64,000 nt of DNA from a bacterium (GTDB taxonomy: Bacteria > Bacteroidota > Bacteroidia > Bacteroidales > UBA1402), in contig CAVEPA010000002.1 of assembly GCA_963617485.1 (NCBI GenBank), positions 111,163 to 175,162 on the forward strand. The letters are read 5' to 3'. The translations under genes were made by a program, and so were the position numbers. The notes below the pieces were generated by a model. The model did not search any database. It was given only the letters and a program-made list of their open reading frames with translations, and was not told the DNA's origin. Shown here piece after piece: positions 63,322-64,000 of this stretch (the stretch's first letter is position 1; each line of letters starts with the position of its first letter).

Positions 63322-64000
63322 ACGACAGTCGTAAAATCCTAATCTATCAAGTCTTGCCGCGCTATTTTGGGAATACCAGGCGCAGCAATGTCAAGAATGG
63401 AAGTGTTGGAGACAATGGGGTGGGCAAGTTCGCCCATTTTACCAAAAAGGCGCTCGAGGCTATAAAGTCCTTGGGCGTCACCCATATTTGGTACACTGGC
63501 GTGTTGGAGCATGCTACTTGTAGCGACTACAGCCAGTATGGCATCCTGCCCGATCATCCCGCCGTAGTGAAGGGCAAGGCGGGCTCTCCATACGCTGTCA
63601 AGGATTATTACGATGTCGACCCAGATTTGGCCCGCTCGGTGCCCGACCGGCTCAAAGAATTCCAGCAGCTGATAGCGCGTACGCACCAGCAAGGACTGAA
63701 AGTGGTGATAGATTTCATCCCCAACCATTTGGCTCGCCAATATCATTCCGATGTGGCCCCCGAGGGCGTGGAAGATTTCGGGGCTAAAGACAAGACCGAT
63801 TGGTATTTCTCGCCGCAGAACAATTTCTATTATCTGCCCGGGCAGCCCTTCTGCGGGCAGTTCGATTTGAAAGCCGGTGCGGACAAGCCTTACGAAGAAT
63901 ATCCCGCCAAAGTTACCGGCAACGACTGCTTCAAAGCTTGCCCTACGGTGAACGACTGGTACGAAACCGTCAAGCTGAATTATGGTATAGATTATCAGGG
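63318..64000 (+). CDS. Alpha-amylase family (GH13) protein, N-terminal part only; continues beyond the window
   Basis: Not in the ORF track because it has no in-window stop. Hand translation from ATG 63318, which overlaps the fabD stop as ATGA, gives MNDSRKILIYQVLPRYFGN...LGVTHIWYTGVLEH...GLKVVIDFIPNH. Confidence 0.8.
   Translation, partial: MNDSRKILIYQVLPRYFGNTRRSNVKNGSVGDNGVGKFAHFTKKALEAIKSLGVTHIWYTGVLEHATCSDYSQYGILPDHPAVVKGKAGSPYAVKDYYDVDPDLARSVPDRLKEFQQLIARTHQQGLKVVIDFIPNHLARQYHSDVAPEGVEDFGAKDKTDWYFSPQNNFYYLPGQPFCGQFDLKAGADKPYEEYPAKVTGNDCFKACPTVNDWYETVKLNYGIDYQ

Noticed and set aside
1-64000. A search for CRISPR arrays, rRNA, tmRNA/RNase P/SRP/6S RNAs, transposases, integrases, phage genes and invertible-promoter inverted repeats.
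   Set aside because: I saw no regularly spaced direct repeats and no recombinase-like or transposase-like ORFs. No intergenic region is long enough (the maximum is about 320 nt) to hold the larger structured RNAs. The four tRNA genes are not flanked by integrases or partial tRNA duplications.

Overview
This is a chromosomal segment from a Bacteroidota genome, most likely Bacteroidales and Prevotellaceae-like. Three things support that call: the gene families present, the recurring TAnnTTTG '-7' promoter motif about 20-50 nt upstream of start codons, and the absence of Shine-Dalgarno sequences. I can support about 56 protein-coding genes, 4 tRNAs (Arg-CCT, Asn-GTT, Glu-TTC, Arg-TCT), 24 promoter motifs and 9 intrinsic terminators. 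I found no rRNA, CRISPR array, transposase, integrase or phage genes. Most of the window is housekeeping: ruvB, folK-queA-truB-uppP-ftsX, miaB, aroK, recO, rpsT, rsmE, argS, hup, priA and fabD. Carbohydrate genes are interspersed. They include pectin/hexuronate genes (PL1, CE12, GH2-uxuB-uxuA, a GH106-like gene, GH105/88), a tightly packed nucleotidyltransferase-galK-xylB-xylA operon, and a partial GH13. Three real genes are missing from the supplied ORF track: a partial Gate-domain membrane protein at 1-1152 (-), a 55-aa 2x[4Fe-4S] ferredoxin at 40518-40685 (+), and a partial GH13 at 63318-64000 (+). The track also accepts GTG/TTG starts, so several N-termini are over-extended; I corrected them using internal ATGs and promoter positions. 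The most unusual region is an AT-rich 2-kb islet of orphan genes at about 54.7-56.7 kb. It holds a TAG-interrupted small gene, a divergent promoter pair around a palindrome, a small secreted protein, and two tandem paralogous 2-TM proteins that each carry a G9 homopolymer at the same position near the 3' end. I cannot assign a function to this islet, and it is my best candidate for an undescribed module. Other items worth a look are a promoter / 18-codon micro-ORF / terminator unit upstream of rsmE, a tRNA-Glu embedded in the rpsT leader, a translationally coupled 1004-aa TPR protein plus beta-barrel pair, and two CaCA antiporter paralogues in odd operon contexts. All functional calls rest on my own recognition of sequence motifs. 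No database search was run.
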